64,000 bases of DNA, filler included, from Piptocephalis cylindrospora (GCA_003614145.1; 4 parts of 4 records of this genome joined end to end with filler, not necessarily neighbours in it), one strand, 5' to 3'. Numbered from the whole stretch's first letter, positions 21,066 to 34,615 are shown. Made by a program: numbers and translations. The notes: generated by a model from the letters alone, not told the origin.

Positions 21066-24000
21066 ATGAATCCTAGCCACCCGGTCAATCCAGAGCTGCT
21101 TGGAGCACTCGTGCAAGAATTAACGGGATCTGAGGTATGGTCTTCCTGGTGATTAGGATGAGAAGACATGTCGTTCTGGAGTATCCAGAGTGAAGCCCCT
21201 CCCCCCCTCCTTTCTCTCTCTCTCTCTCTCTCTCTCAATTCTACATGCCGTCCTCCTTATAGTCAGGACCCAAGAAGTCTTTCGGGTATCGACGGGCCAA
21301 GAAGTTGTTGGAGAACTCACCTCCATCCCCAACTCCGGATATTCATAGTATTGGCAAGGTCTTTTCAGGGTAAGGAGCAAGCACTTCTTTGTTGTTATTC
21401 TCAGCAAACACTCATCCATCATCTCTTGCAGATTGGCAAGTAAATTTCACATACATGGACAAACGACAAATGGCGAAGTGCTCAAGAGATGTTTGGATCA
21501 ATGGATCCAACATGACTCTAGTGCCTATAAGGTAGAGCTCCCTGATGTGCCCCCTCTCTGTCCCTCCCCTCACTAAAATATATACTTGGGGGGTAGATGA
21601 GGACAGCACGGATAATGACCCTTCTTCTTGGTCTATCCTATCGACCCACGGCTTCGGGCCACCTGCCATCGGAGGACAGTCTTGTACTCCTGGGGATGAA
21701 GCAGGGCTCTGCCAGTGATGGCACAGACCTCCTCAAGTCTCCGACTCGGGATGCGATCGTGGAGGCCAGTGCCTCACTGGGTCAGCACTGGGAAATCCCG
21801 TCATTTTCCGATGGTGATGGAGATAGCTGTGACAGTGAGGGATGGACGGAGGAGGAAGAAGAGGAAGGGGATCGCATTAGACGGATTCACGAGGCTGTTG
21901 AAAAGGTAACTTTTTGTTTGATGAGTTCATGCTTGCGCAATGAAAGATGTGCCGGATGGACTAATCCACCCCCTGGATGGCCATGTGCGAGACAAACAGG
22001 CTGGAAAGAGGCGGCAGAAGGATGCCTTCCACGCACGACCCCGGAGAATAATACATCCTGCCACCAGGGACCAACCCCTGGATACAACCTACGAGGAAAT
22101 CCTGGAGCGAAAAGCATATTGGAAGGACGGTATGCATTGCTTTTTTCAAGGTGAACTTTTCCCTTTTACTTATACACCCGATTGGATACCAAATAGCATT
22201 TACAGAAAGCGGCCCTTTGGCCCAATGCATCAAAGATAATGCTTTAAGAATATCTCAAATCTCACATCCTATTCTCCATGAACGATATGTGATTCGTGAG
22301 GTTTTCACCATGCTTCAAGGGCAATCCACCATGCTCTACTCTCTATCCGTGGACTTACAGGACTGGATGGTACGGCTTGTGTGGAGGAGGGGCAGCGAAG
22401 GCATCGATAGAATGACTAACGCGGCCATCCGACTTATGCATACAATTCATCTCTGGCGTGTTGTCTAGGTCGCGGACTCCCTTCCTCAGCATCCTATGCT
22501 AACCCCCAGCGCCTTTCGACATGTTTTGGAGACATTTCTCCCACTTGGTCGAGCTCTCTTTCAAATTCGGTTTTTCTGTACCAAGTAGGTAAAGGGCCAA
22601 TGGTGCGTTCTATTTTGCTCTCTTCCAGCAAGATCATCTGATTCTTTGTCGTCCTTGTCGGGACGAGTAGAGCGCTTCAGGGTCCGCAAAAGGGCATGAC
22701 AAGAGTTGTAGAACGCTTTTGTCTGGGGCTACAGGAGGAGATGGATCGATTTTCCTCTCTCCTGGGTATTCTGATACGGGAGACATGGAGCTCTCATGTT
22801 CCCGGCCCTGGTACGTGAGGATAGAATTCAGATACGTCTTTGCAATTAATCGCCCTCATCATTACTCTTTCTATAGACCTTCATCAGTGCACCTCACTTA
22901 CCCATGTTGCCGAGAGCTTACGCCCCTACTCCCAGATATTCCCTCAGCTTGCCTCTTGCTTACCGTGTAAGAACCAAAATGGTCTTGCTGGATAATATCA
23001 CCTTAGATTACCGTTTTACCTGGCTGATTCCCTACATCTCCACCTATTCCCCAGCTTCAGATGAGGAAAGACCCTTTCTCACCACCACAATCCTTCTCGA
23101 TACCCTTCAAGCTAGAGCAGAGGTGGTTTGGATGGCCGATGCAGCCGGACAAATCACCCAGGTCTGGGGACGTCTCTTCTCCCAATGCTTCTCTGTCTAC
23201 CTGGACATGGTGGAGCGATGGGTTACCGTTGGAGTCTTGGAGGATCCGTTTGAGGAGTTTTGTATTTATAGGTAAATCTTTCCTTGATTTCAAACACCAG
23301 GAAGGAGAGACTATCATCCAATCAGATCAGTCATGTCGACCTTCTCACCCTTCCGATAATCACGAGTAGGAATGATCGGGTTACCTTGCGATCCTCCCTT
23401 TTTTGGGAGCAGGGTATAAGTATCCGATATAAGAGTTCTGGGCAGAAGGGGAGGGGCTATGGCAGGGCTCGATCAGGAGAGGATGTGTGTGTCCCACGTC
23501 TGATCCTACCCCACTTTGGAGATATCCTTTACGCAGGCCGATGCGCCTACCTGATGCGTGAGCTGAGATTGGTGAGTATGCAGCTTTTGGTTCTTTTGAT
23601 AAGACGAGTCTTTTCTTATGCCTATCTATCCCGGAAACCCATTTCAGGTCAAGCCCCTCTCCATGATCTGTCGGGGGTTTCGGATGAATCCTTTGAGGCA
23701 TCCTATTGAGGAAGGAGACATCAAGTGTCCAGATAACCCATTTGAGATAAGGACCATGCCCTCTCGTTCCTTGGAAACTCTCTTGATCCCCCCATCACCT
23801 AAGCTTGAATCGATGCATTTTCCTGGAAGGAGTGAGTTATGGAAAGAGGATTCTATGATGGATGATTGTCCTAGTAAGTTGGCTCTTCCTCCTTTGCCCC
23901 AACCAATCACCTCTCCATCCCAAAGCCACCGTTTCATTCCCCCTTACCCACTTTCCCCTATATCCAGGCCTGACTCATCCTTGGGATCCTCCGTGTATTG

Positions 24001-25410
24001 TCATGCAGTCCAGGCTGGGGCAAGTGCTGCACCAGCACTACTTGGACATTGGCCAGGCCTTCTCTCGAGTTCTTCATCAGAGGTACGGTTTGTACCGGCA
24101 TCTCAATTCCTTGCACCAGCTGTACTATCTCCTTGAGGGGGATTCCATGCACCTGTACGCCATGGAGCTATTTCATCGAGTAGGTCAATTCAACACATTT
24201 AGTGTATACTCTTGTGCAATGTAAAGTTTCATTCACTCCCTCCATGAACAATAGATCCGACTTGGCCTAGATCGTATGGGGGCACAAGAGATGACTAGTC
24301 ATGTCCGGGCTCTTCTTCCTCCTACGGGCCCCATTGATCGTCAGCGTGTCACTGTTGTCATTGAGGAAGGGGAACAAGGGACGAGTGGGGGATGGAGGGG
24401 GAACGTCGGCCAGGATGAGGATCTTTCCTTTACTCGCCACATGTATCTTGATTATCGGGTAAGTCCCCTTCCGATCCCACGCGTGTCATTTCATGCTCCT
24501 TTATTACTCACACTGCTTGACCTAGATATCCTGGCCTCTGGACAATATCATCTCCCAAGATTCCCTGATCAAGTACCGGGAGATCCAGCGATGGGTCATG
24601 CGTATTAAACTATCCCGGTATCTTGCTCAGTCCCCTCAGTTGATTAGTCGGTTCAGTGCCAAGGACCAGGATGAAACCTGCCGTTTCATGTACTCATTAC
24701 GCCTTCGCCTTTTAAGTTTCATCAATGGCTTCTACACCTATCTGATGACCAATGTGAGTTGAAGGGCTCATGGCTAGGCCTGACATGAAATTCACCTTTA
24801 TGTAACAACCTTTAGGTTCTTCATGCAGAAAGCGCTGCTTTCATGGCGCGTATCGGAGAAACTTTTGATATTCAGAAGATGATCGAGGCTCATGCTGCCC
24901 ATGTCGATCAAGTCCATAAGCAATGCTTCCTCGACCCTGCGGTAAGATGACGATATAAAAGAAGAGGCCATGGGCTACCCATGAGAACTCTACTTATATG
25001 CTTTATTCTGATGGTCATCCCCCAATCAATATCCTATAGGCTTCAGCTCTGCGACGATCCGTTCAGGCCATTGTTGAAGCCATTGGTCGATTTGACCGAA
25101 TTTCCCGTCATTTTCAGTCTACACCGATGAACCGCCCCTCCCGAACTACCCTTTCAGGTCCAGGTCAGAGATTTAAAGGCCAGCTGGAGCAGCTTCACAA
25201 GGAGTTTATCAAGCATCATGACTTTTTTCTCACTTCACTCCGGATCATCGCCAGGTCTGCAGGGAATGATCACGGTATGTACCTTCATTCGTTAACGCGT
25301 TTATATCTCCTATGTCACTAAACCATATTCTTCGTTTTTTTTCGTGTCCATGACTATGGCACTTTCAATGGATGGTAGTATGGATGCTGATTTCGCTGAT
25401 TTCATCGTAA
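21066..25410 (+). CDS. Gamma-tubulin complex component, GCP5/Mod21-like (many exons; 3' end approximate)
   Basis: LVQELTG, GLASKFHIHG, IMTLLLGLS, ERYVIREVFTMLQG, EDPFEEFCI, HLNSLHQLYYLLEGD, LDYRISWPLDNII and LLSFINGFYTYLM (Spc97/Spc98 family). Confidence 0.8.
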
Positions 25411-25740
25411 ATGGATGAACTTGATCCTGTCTTATATGAAAAGGAAATTCTGCGATTTCTTTTATCTGCTTAGTGTTGTTGTAATGGTAATATGAAAAAA
25501 TGGTACGAGGTGATTCAATTTAACGGTTTATTACTTCATCAACAAATAAATCAATGTGATCTTAAGTGGTCTGAGGACATATAAATATGATTTCACTCAA
25601 CCTAAATAACTTGGCATGCCGCGTCCTCTTTCATTACCACACGGTACCAGTCCTAAAGGCGCCATCCTCCTAAAGCTCACTGTTTGCTTATTACCACCCA
25701 GCCTGCACATCTATGTCGAAGTGGCAAAGTCAAACGCTTG

Positions 25741-26300
25741 ATGTACGTGCTTCACTCGGGAAGTGATGAGTATGAAGTGCATATACATGTTGACAAGGCC
25801 TTCACTCATTACCTTAGCCTCTATCCAAAGGATTTTCACGTCATCCTTGACCTAGGCGCCGATCTAGAGGCCAATATTCTTAGTGTTCCTGGGGCGGACT
25901 ATCAACTTATCGTGCGTTCAGACAGCCCAAGCCCATGGTTATCCTCCCTCCATTAATTTTCCTTGTTGCACTCCTTTAGGATTTGGATACGGATAAACCC
26001 TTACTTCGAGTAGGACGTACTCATTGGCAGGGCCGCTGGGACCAGCAAGTGGGGACCGAGCTGGTGTATGAATCCATCACTGATCAGCATGGTGAGTGCC
26101 TGATTGGACCTAGAAAATTCCAGTTTACCTGACTAACCAGCCATCTCATTTATCCCGGGCTATGGTATCTGCTAGGAGAAGAGAAGGCCGTGGAGGTGTG
26201 TAAGACGGTCAAAAGGCTGATTTTCAATCGTGTCTACTTGCAGCCTCGGCAGGACATTCATCCTGTAGATGAATCTTCCCCATTGGGCCCCTCCTCCTGA
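25741..26300 (+). CDS. TFIIIC triple-barrel subunit (GTF3C6/Sfc7-like), multi-exon, start uncertain
   Basis: Spliced DFHVILDLG...YQLI|GLDTDKPLLRVGRTHWQGRWDQQVGTELVY...KTVKRLIFNRVYL. Confidence 0.7.
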
Positions 26301-26508
26301 GCTACCAATGAAGGAGTGGATGCAAGACCTTAATAACGAGTGAGGTCCTGTCGATTGACCCCACCTTATAACAAGGCCCCATAATGTATTAGTTTAGGCA
26401 GAGTAAGCAAATAGTACGAGTAGTGTAATGATGTAAAAATTAAAGAGCAAGCAACTATATAGTCAATCATCAGCCGTTCTCAACACAGCAGATATCATCC
26501 GATTGTCC

Positions 26509-28734
26509 TTATCCGCGAAACTGGGTAAAGGCGGAGGAACTTTTGGGTTTCCTAGATAGATCAATGGTCAAGGGAAGAGTTGACCCGTCGAGGATGTGAG
26601 CAAAGCCAATCCATCCTAGCTTCCCCCCACGACTTACCCATTTTTTCCTTGGAATTCCCCGGTATTACTCATCCCGCTTGATCCGCCAAATACGTTTGTA
26701 GTAGGCCTAGTCGACCCGCCAAAAACGCTATCAGTTGTCTTGCCTGATCCACCAAAAGCACTATTGTACAAGGGAAACCAGGAGGAAGGTTAAGACTAGA
26801 CGGGCTCCCAGAAATCATCCAAAAGCCCCTTCAGTTCTAGCGAACGCCCACCTACCTTTCCTCTTTCTTCATCGAGGAGAGAGCATTACCCTCACTGCCG
26901 CCGAAAATGCTCCCGCTTCCACCTCCCTGGGAAAAAGAGGAAAAGGACACGGGAGTAGAGCTAGTTGAAGGTTGTGCAGGGAAGAGGGTGAGTTGTTTTG
27001 ACAGATGTACATGATGAGCTATCTGTTCTGCCCTTTCTTTCTCTCATTGGTAGGTACACCCGATAAACCTACCTCTTGAATGCAGCAAATCCTCCTGAAG
27101 TGTCTGTCGAGGCCGCCGATTGACTAAAGGCTGAAAATCCTGCACCTCCTGTACTAGAGCCTCCAAGGCTAGATGTTTGACCGAAGCCGCTACCTCCTGC
27201 ACTGCCCAACTTGGAAGGTTGGCCAAAAGCACTACTCCCTCCTAGTTGAGAGGGCTGGCCAAAGGCACTACTTCCTCCCAGCTGAGAGGGTTGACCGAAA
27301 GCGCTTGAACCGCCTAATTTAGACGGTTGGCCAAAAGCGCTTACGCCACCTAAGCTAGATGTCTGACCAAACGCGCTACTTCCTCCTAGCTTGGACGGCT
27401 GACCAAATGCATTCGAACCACCTAAGCTTGATGTCTGGCCAAAGGCACTACTCCCTCCTAACTGAGAGGGCTGGCCAAAGGCACTACTTCCTCCTAGTTG
27501 AGAGGGCTGGCCAAATGCACTACTTCCTCCCAGCTGAGAGGGTTGACCGAAAGCACTGACACTCCGTTGAGAGGTTGGTTGACCAAAGGCTCCCTGCTTT
27601 GTCGCGGATTCGGAACTGGACGAGGTACTGGGCGGATTAACTGATCCAAAGGCCGAGATCCCACTAGTCGAGCCAGTCGACGCGGAGAAGTCACTAGGAG
27701 GCGCTGGCATAGCACCATCCTCCTCGCCCTTTCCTTTTCCTGGAACATCTAGGTCATCCTGAGAATCCACAGACTCCAGAGACATGGTAGAGGTGGCCCG
27801 TAAGAAGGAAAAATTAGAGGTGAGAGAGGTAGAAGGGGAGAGAGGAGGGGAAGAGCCCGATTGGTTTTTCGCAGAGGCCAAAGAGGAACCAAAGCCGGTA
27901 GTTTTGGCAAATAAAGCGCTCCCAGTAAAGGCGGCCTGGCTAGTGGTGGGCTCACCCGAGGAGGCTTTCATCGCTTGATCATGACCTACAAGGGTAAATC
28001 CACCGCCGTTATCCGATAGGGCCAGAGAGGTGTCGGACTCAGCATCCGAATTATAGTCATCACCCACCAAGTCGGCCAGCTCTGCTTCCATATCCGCCGT
28101 TTCTCTCGAATGATCGCCGTCACTGCCATACTCATCGTCATCAGTTTGAGAGTATGGTTCATCCTCTTTCCCCTCATCGTCATCAGTCTGAGAATATAGC
28201 TCGTCCCCTTCCTCCAGGTCATCATTGGATTTAACCATATCCCTTTCCTTCTCTTCTTCCTTCTCACTCTTCAATGCTTCCTTTGCCTTCCCCTCATCTT
28301 CATCTTTACCCTTAATTTCCTCCACCTTCTCATTTTCCTCAACCTCACCTCCACTCTTCACCTTTTCCTCATCCTCCTCCTTGCCACTTTCTTCCTCGCT
28401 CTTTAATGTTCTCTTCACTTTTTCTTCGCCCTCACCTTCACCTTTAATCTTCTCCACTTTTTCCTTTGTCTTGTCTTCGTTCTCCTCCTTCTCCTTGACT
28501 TCCTCCTCCTTCTCCTTCTCCTCGCCCTCCGCCTTGTTCATCTTTTCCTCATCCGCCTTCACCTTCATTTCTTCGCCACTCCCCACACTTAGCTTCTCTC
28601 CGTCTCCTTCCTTGATCTCCCCTCTCACTTCCCCCTCATCCTCATTCTCCCCCTTCGCCTTCCCCTCGTCTTCATTATCCTCATCTACCTTCACCTTTCC
28701 ATCTTCGTCGCCCCCCGCCCCTACTTCTTGGAAT
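26509..28734 (-). CDS. FG-repeat nucleoporin (Nup214/Nup159-like), C-terminal part; 5' end lost at the inversion junction
   Basis: Tandem SAFGQPSQLGG repeats, further FG exons ending KSSSAFTQFRG*, acidic E/K region; reading frame runs open into the junction at 28735. Confidence 0.75.
27170..27590 (-). repeat. Coding tandem repeat, 36-bp (12-aa) SAFGQ[PT]S[QKS]LGG[SV] units, about 10-11 copies
   Basis: Directly visible in the translation. Confidence 0.9.
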
Positions 28735-30696
28735 TCAGCCAGGTAAAACGGTAATCTAAGGTGATATTATCCAGCAAGACCATTTTGGTTCTTACACGGT
28801 AAGCAAGAGGCAAGCTGAGGGAATATCTGGGAGTAGGGGCGTAAGCTCTCGGCAACATGGGTAAGTGAGGTGCACTGATGAAGGTCTATAGAAAGAGTAA
28901 TGATGAGGGCGATTAATTGCAAAGACGTATCTGAATTCTATCCTCACGTACCAGGGCCGGGAACATGAGAGCTCCATGTCTCCCGTATCAGAATACCCAG
29001 GAGAGAGGAAAATCGATCCATCTCCTCCTGTAGCCCCAGACAAAAGCGTTCTACAACTCTTGTCATGCCCTTTTGCGGACCCTGAAGCGCTCTACTCGTC
29101 CCGACAAGGACGACAAAGAATCAGATGATCTTGCTGGAAGAGAGCAAAATAGAACGCACCATTGGCCCTTTACCTACTTGGTACAGAAAAACCGAATTTG
29201 AAAGAGAGCTCGACCAAGTGGGAGAAATGTCTCCAAAACATGTCGAAAGGCGCTGGGGGTTAGCATAGGATGCTGAGGAAGGGAGTCCGCGACCTAGACA
29301 ACACGCCAGAGATGAATTGTATGCATAAGTCGGATGGCCGCGTTAGTCATTCTATCGATGCCTTCGCTGCCCCTCCTCCACACAAGCCGTACCATCCAGT
29401 CCTGTAAGTCCACGGATAGAGAGTAGAGCATGGTGGATTGCCCTTGAAGCATGGTGAAAACCTCACGAATCACATATCGTTCATGGAGAATAGGATGTGA
29501 GATTTGAGATATTCTTAAAGCATTATCTTTGATGCATTGGGCCAAAGGGCCGCTTTCTGTAAATGCTATTTGGTATCCAATCGGGTGTATAAGTAAAAGG
29601 GAAAAGTTCACCTTGAAAAAAGCAATGCATACCGTCCTTCCAATATGCTTTTCGCTCCAGGATTTCCTCGTAGGTTGTATCCAGGGGTTGGTCCCTGGTG
29701 GCAGGATGTATTATTCTCCGGGGTCGTGCGTGGAAGGCATCCTTCTGCCGCCTCTTTCCAGCCTGTTTGTCTCGCACATGGCCATCCAGGGGGTGGATTA
29801 GTCCATCCGGCACATCTTTCATTGCGCAAGCATGAACTCATCAAACAAAAAGTTACCTTTTCAACAGCCTCGTGAATCCGTCTAATGCGATCCCCTTCCT
29901 CTTCTTCCTCCTCCGTCCATCCCTCACTGTCACAGCTATCTCCATCACCATCGGAAAATGACGGGATTTCCCAGTGCTGACCCAGTGAGGCACTGGCCTC
30001 CACGATCGCATCCCGAGTCGGAGACTTGAGGAGGTCTGTGCCATCACTGGCAGAGCCCTGCTTCATCCCCAGGAGTACAAGACTGTCCTCCGATGGCAGG
30101 TGGCCCGAAGCCGTGGGTCGATAGGATAGACCAAGAAGAAGGGTCATTATCCGTGCTGTCCTCATCTACCCCCCAAGTATATATTTTAGTGAGGGGAGGG
30201 ACAGAGAGGGGGCACATCAGGGAGCTCTACCTTATAGGCACTAGAGTCATGTTGGATCCATTGATCCAAACATCTCTTGAGCACTTCGCCATTTGTCGTT
30301 TGTCCATGTATGTGAAATTTACTTGCCAATCTGCAAGAGATGATGGATGAGTGTTTGCTGAGAATAACAACAAAGAAGTGCTTGCTCCTTACCCTGAAAA
30401 GACCTTGCCAATACTATGAATATCCGGAGTTGGGGATGGAGGTGAGTTCTCCAACAACTTCTTGGCCCGTCGATACCCGAAAGACTTCTTGGGTCCTGAC
30501 TATAAGGAGGACGGCATGTAGAATTGAGAGAGAGAGAGAGAGAGAGAGAAAGGAGGGGGGGAGGGGCTTCACTCTGGATACTCCAGAACGACATGTCTTC
30601 TCATCCTAATCACCAGGAAGACCATACCTCAGATCCCGTTAATTCTTGCACGAGTGCTCCAAGCAGCTCTGGATTGACCGGGTGGCTAGGATTCAT
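28735..30696 (-). pseudogene. 3'-truncated duplicate of the GCP5-like gene inside the inverted arm (probably artefactual)
   Basis: Mirror of 21066-23027; out of frame with the downstream nucleoporin. Confidence 0.7.
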
Positions 30697-32108
30697 TTCC
30701 CAAACGTCAAAGTGTAATAAGACAGTGTGGAGGAGAGGGGGAGGGATGAAGAGGATTGCAAGGCCCAGTGAGAAGAATGCCAAGACCGGCCATAAGCAAT
30801 CACCAGCTTCAATAGCGTGTGTGTCCACTCTACTCATGTCAGCGTCTAACCCATGTCCAATGCCGATCAGGGCACTTTATTGTTAAAAATCACCATCGTT
30901 CGGAATGCACCAGTAGTGACTTGCCCTGTCGGCCCAGAACCTTCCCAACATAGCTAGGCATATCTCCTCGTCATCATCTGCGTCCCTGTGGTCCCTTCAT
31001 TCTTGAGGCACCATGCCAGCCCATCTCTCGCTTCCTATCCTGATGCTCTGTCATCCCTCGCTCGAGCAACTCATGTTGTTCTGGCCTTGGGCTCCAGCCC
31101 AACATGGGCGCTCTTGGCACAATGAGAAAAAGACTTGACTGGTCAAGGGATGGGGCGGTGATGTTAGTAGCTGGCTAGTGAGCGCCTCATTCCCCCTCCC
31201 CCGTCCACCAACGGCTGGCGCTGTGGGTCCTTAAGGGGTGCGTGAGTATGCTGCTGAGTGTGTGTGCAGAGGACAAAGGGCAATGAAGTGTATGAGGACA
31301 GAAATAGGACAGGGCGGAGATGCAAGTTGGAGCTGCGGACTCTCGATTCACTGAGGCCCAATCACTGAGATGAATTTCTACACTCCGCTTCATGGTTTAT
31401 CCCACCTTTCCCCTTACTATCCATCTTCACTGTATGCCCCCTGCTTAAAGTCAAGGCTGAGGTCCACCGCTCAACTTTTATCCCCCCCCCCCCCCACCCT
31501 ACCCTACCCATCCTGCCCCATCTCACTCTACCCCTCCCCCCTCTCTTTCCCGCACACAGCACCCTAGTCATCCCTTTTACCCTGTCTCCGCCCCCTTTTT
31601 CACCCCCTGCTGTCACTGATCAGAGGTTCCCGCCCGCCCTAGTCAAATCCATACCCCTATTCACTAGCACTAAAACCCAAGGCTACATTATAGCGGCCTC
31701 AGTCACCCACAACCTAAAACAACCCATACCCCTCATACCACCTACACTCCCTTCCCTCTTCCTCTCTTCCTCTCTTCCTCTTTCCCTCTCTTACCCTCCT
31801 TCACCTCATCCTTTGCAGTTCCTTGTTCCCCACACCCCTCCCTCACCACCCACTTCCCACCAGTGTCCATTTGTGTTGACAGCGCCGTCCTTGGTCTGGA
31901 CCAAAGGTGACCGTCATCAAAGCATCTCCATCACACTTGTCCCTTCGGTCTTTACATCCATACCAGTACCTCTCGGCATTCTCCCTCTTTCTTCTCTACC
32001 TAGAGACGATCAGCGAAGACCAACTCCTCGTCCTCCTCCCTCTCTTACTTATCCAAACGCTGGGCGTGTGGATACAATAACTGCAAGTAGAACACCTCTC
32101 TTTCTACC

Positions 32109-33417
32109 ATGAAGGGTCCCATTCAGAGCCTTCTACCGGTTCGTCCCTCCCTTCCCCTCCTCCTCCTTTTCCTCCTCACCACCCTCCTGCTCAGTCACTG
32201 GCCTACCCTGGTGCTAGCGGCGGATAGCCCTTCTGTCGCCACCCCCCCCCATCCAAGATTCCTGGCTCATGTCAGTAGATCTCAATTCTATTCCCTATAT
32301 CGATAACTCGGTGCGACTTCCCAAATCTGGTACTTGCAGCAAGGACTTTGACTGCTCCTCCAAGGATGCCTGTGATCTGTGCTACAACCACTGTGGTTCC
32401 TGTCCCGCTGCCAATGACCTCTATGGATGCTCCTCCAAGTCGGATTGGGCCCTGACTTTTCAGCAAGCCCCGACCGCCAAGACAGGCGAGCTCCTCCGCA
32501 TACTCCAGTCCACCAACACTACCGCTACCTTTTTTGTCCAGGGTTCCCACCTAGCCCAGTACGGTCAGTTCATCAAGCAGGCCTATGCTCAGGGCCATCA
32601 GATTGGCTCCATGGGCTGGTCCAATGCCCACCTCCCCACCCTGACCAACGAACAGATCATCGCCGAGTTCCGCGCTACCGAGGAGGCCATCCAAGCCCTC
32701 ATCGGTGTTTCCCCCCTCTACGTCCAGGCCCCATATGGGGAGGCGGACCGTCGGGTCAAGTCCCTCCTCGGAGCCATGGGATACACGATGGTATTTTGGA
32801 ACGTTGATACCCTGGATTGGTTCTACGAAGGGTCCAAGGACTCACCCAAGAAGATTGTCGATGGCATGGTCGGCGCCCTAAACTCCCTCAGTCCCCTGGA
32901 CCATGGGTTTTCCCGGGCTCCTGGCCATGTGAGCCGACAGACCGACGGGCTCACAATCACCAAGACCATCCAAAACGACATCGTTCGTTCTCTCCATCAG
33001 GAAAAGGTTCGGTTTGTCTCGGCCCTTACCTGCACTGGTAAAAAGGACCTTCCCATGTACGTGGCCATGGATGGAATCTATCTCACCGGAAATGATATTA
33101 CCTCTGGAGGTCAGGATGAGGATGAAGAAGGTAGGCCCACAGCCACCCTCGATTCCATCCCAGATTCGAATGTCATCCAAAAGGGTCAGGTAACCGTGCC
33201 CACCTCATCCAAGCATCAGATCACCCTAGCTACCCCCACCACCCTTCCTCCCGCCCTTCACATGGTATCCCATCAGGGTAAGATGGTAGGAGGCGACGCT
33301 TCCTCCCAGTACATGGCTGCGGCCTCCAGTGCTGTGCCTAAGCACTACGGTTCCACTTTTGCTCTGGGTCTCCTCCTTCCCCTCGCTCTTCTTGCAACCC
33401 GATCCTCGCCCTGGTAG
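32109..33417 (+). CDS. Duplicate copy of the CE4-like protein (frameshift at C9 run 32242-32250)
   Basis: Same translations as 18345-19653. Confidence 0.8.
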
Positions 33418-33929
33418 AGAAATGATAAAACGAGACCCGACAGTAGAATGAGGCCTCTCTTCTTCCCATGCATATGCATCAACGGACATGGATCTAGCTG
33501 TGGGAGACAGGGATGAGCGTGTGTGTGTTTGTGTGTTTGTGCATCGCCTAGATCCTCTTGATTAAGACGAAGCCAACCCCAAGTCTGACCTGGGCGTGGA
33601 AGAGTATATCGGGTGTGATGGCTTATACGCCATCCTCCTCCTCCTCCCCATCAGGAAGGGTCGTTTCGTATTGGCTTGATGGTGGTAAATGGCAAGGGCA
33701 GACCCACGGCGGATATATATATCATTGGACCATAAACCCTCCTCTCCCGAGCCGATCTTCACTGTGTTAATCTTTGTTTATTTAAATCAGATGTTTAGGG
33801 GAACGAAGATGGCGCGCGCTGAATGGAGAATAACGACCCTATCCATCGCACAGTCCCTCGATCCCCCCTCCCCCAATATATGTTATGGGTATAATGCTTT
33901 TATGCATCCATCCATGCATCCAACCCTCA

Positions 33930-34444
33930 CTAAAAGAATTTTCCAGGGATCACAGGATGGGAAGCGCTAAGACCACCGTCGACACAAATGGACTGACCAT
34001 TCACATAGCTGGACATGCCACTAGCGAGGAAAAGGGCCACTGAGGCAATCTCCTTGGAGTGCCCATACCTCATCATGGGATTGAGCTGACCCACCTTGTC
34101 CAGGTTCTTCCTCTGACGAGCCCCGTCAAAGAGAGGCTTGGTCATGTTGGTCTCAATGAGACCAGGGCAGATGGCATTCACCCGAACATTCGTTCCGGCC
34201 AGCTGGGCGGACCCGGTCTGGGCCATGCTCACCACCGCAGCCTTGGATGCACTATACTCCACGGATCCGGCTCCTGATCGAACTCCGGCCACCGAGGCCG
34301 TCAGGATGATAGACCCGCCTCCTCCCTCGGCCATGCGGGCTCCAGCGTGCTTAAGAGCAAGGAAGACGCTCTCAGCATTGATGCGCATGATGCGGGTAAA
34401 GGTCTCGAGGGAAGTCTCTTTTAATGAGGCGCCCGTGGCAACTC
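33930..34444 (-). CDS. Duplicate copy of the SDR 3' exon
   Basis: Same translation as 17318-17832. Confidence 0.8.
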
Positions 34445-34457
34445 CTAGATGTGGATG

Positions 34458-34557
34458 NNNNNNNNNNNNNNNNNNNNNNNNNNNNNNNNNNNNNNNNNNN
34501 NTTAATTAATTAANNNNNNNNNNNNNNNNNNNNNNNNNNNNNNNNNNNNNNNNNNNN
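34458..34557. other. Artificial contig linker 44N-TTAATTAATTAA-44N
   Basis: Same structure as 17205-17304. Confidence 0.97.

Positions 34558-34612
<55 letters not shown>
34558..34612 (+). repeat. Poly-G run (55 nt) at the contig start, likely a sequencing artefact
   Basis: Pure homopolymer abutting the linker. Confidence 0.8.

Positions 34613-34615
<3 letters not shown>

Larger units (their letters stand above)
17305..23027 (+). repeat. Left arm of a 5,723-bp inverted duplication (pairs with 28735-34457)
   Basis: Mirrored ORF coordinates all sum to 51762 and the listed translations are identical. Confidence 0.97.
28735..34457 (-). repeat. Right arm of the inverted duplication (reverse complement of 17305-23027)
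   Basis: Contig starts CATCCACATCTAGGAG and ends CTCCTAGATGTGGATG; identity stops at 28735/23027. Confidence 0.97.

Noticed and set aside
27170..27590. 36-bp periodic repeats as a CRISPR-like array
   Set aside because: No unique spacers; synonymous variation shows coding FG repeats; eukaryotic context
28225..28746. 173-aa Ser/Phe-rich ORF
   Set aside because: Antisense shadow of the E/K-rich nucleoporin region
17305..34457. Linear plasmid, Polinton or giant transposon with terminal inverted repeats
   Set aside because: No polymerase, integrase, transposase or capsid; arms cut through housekeeping genes
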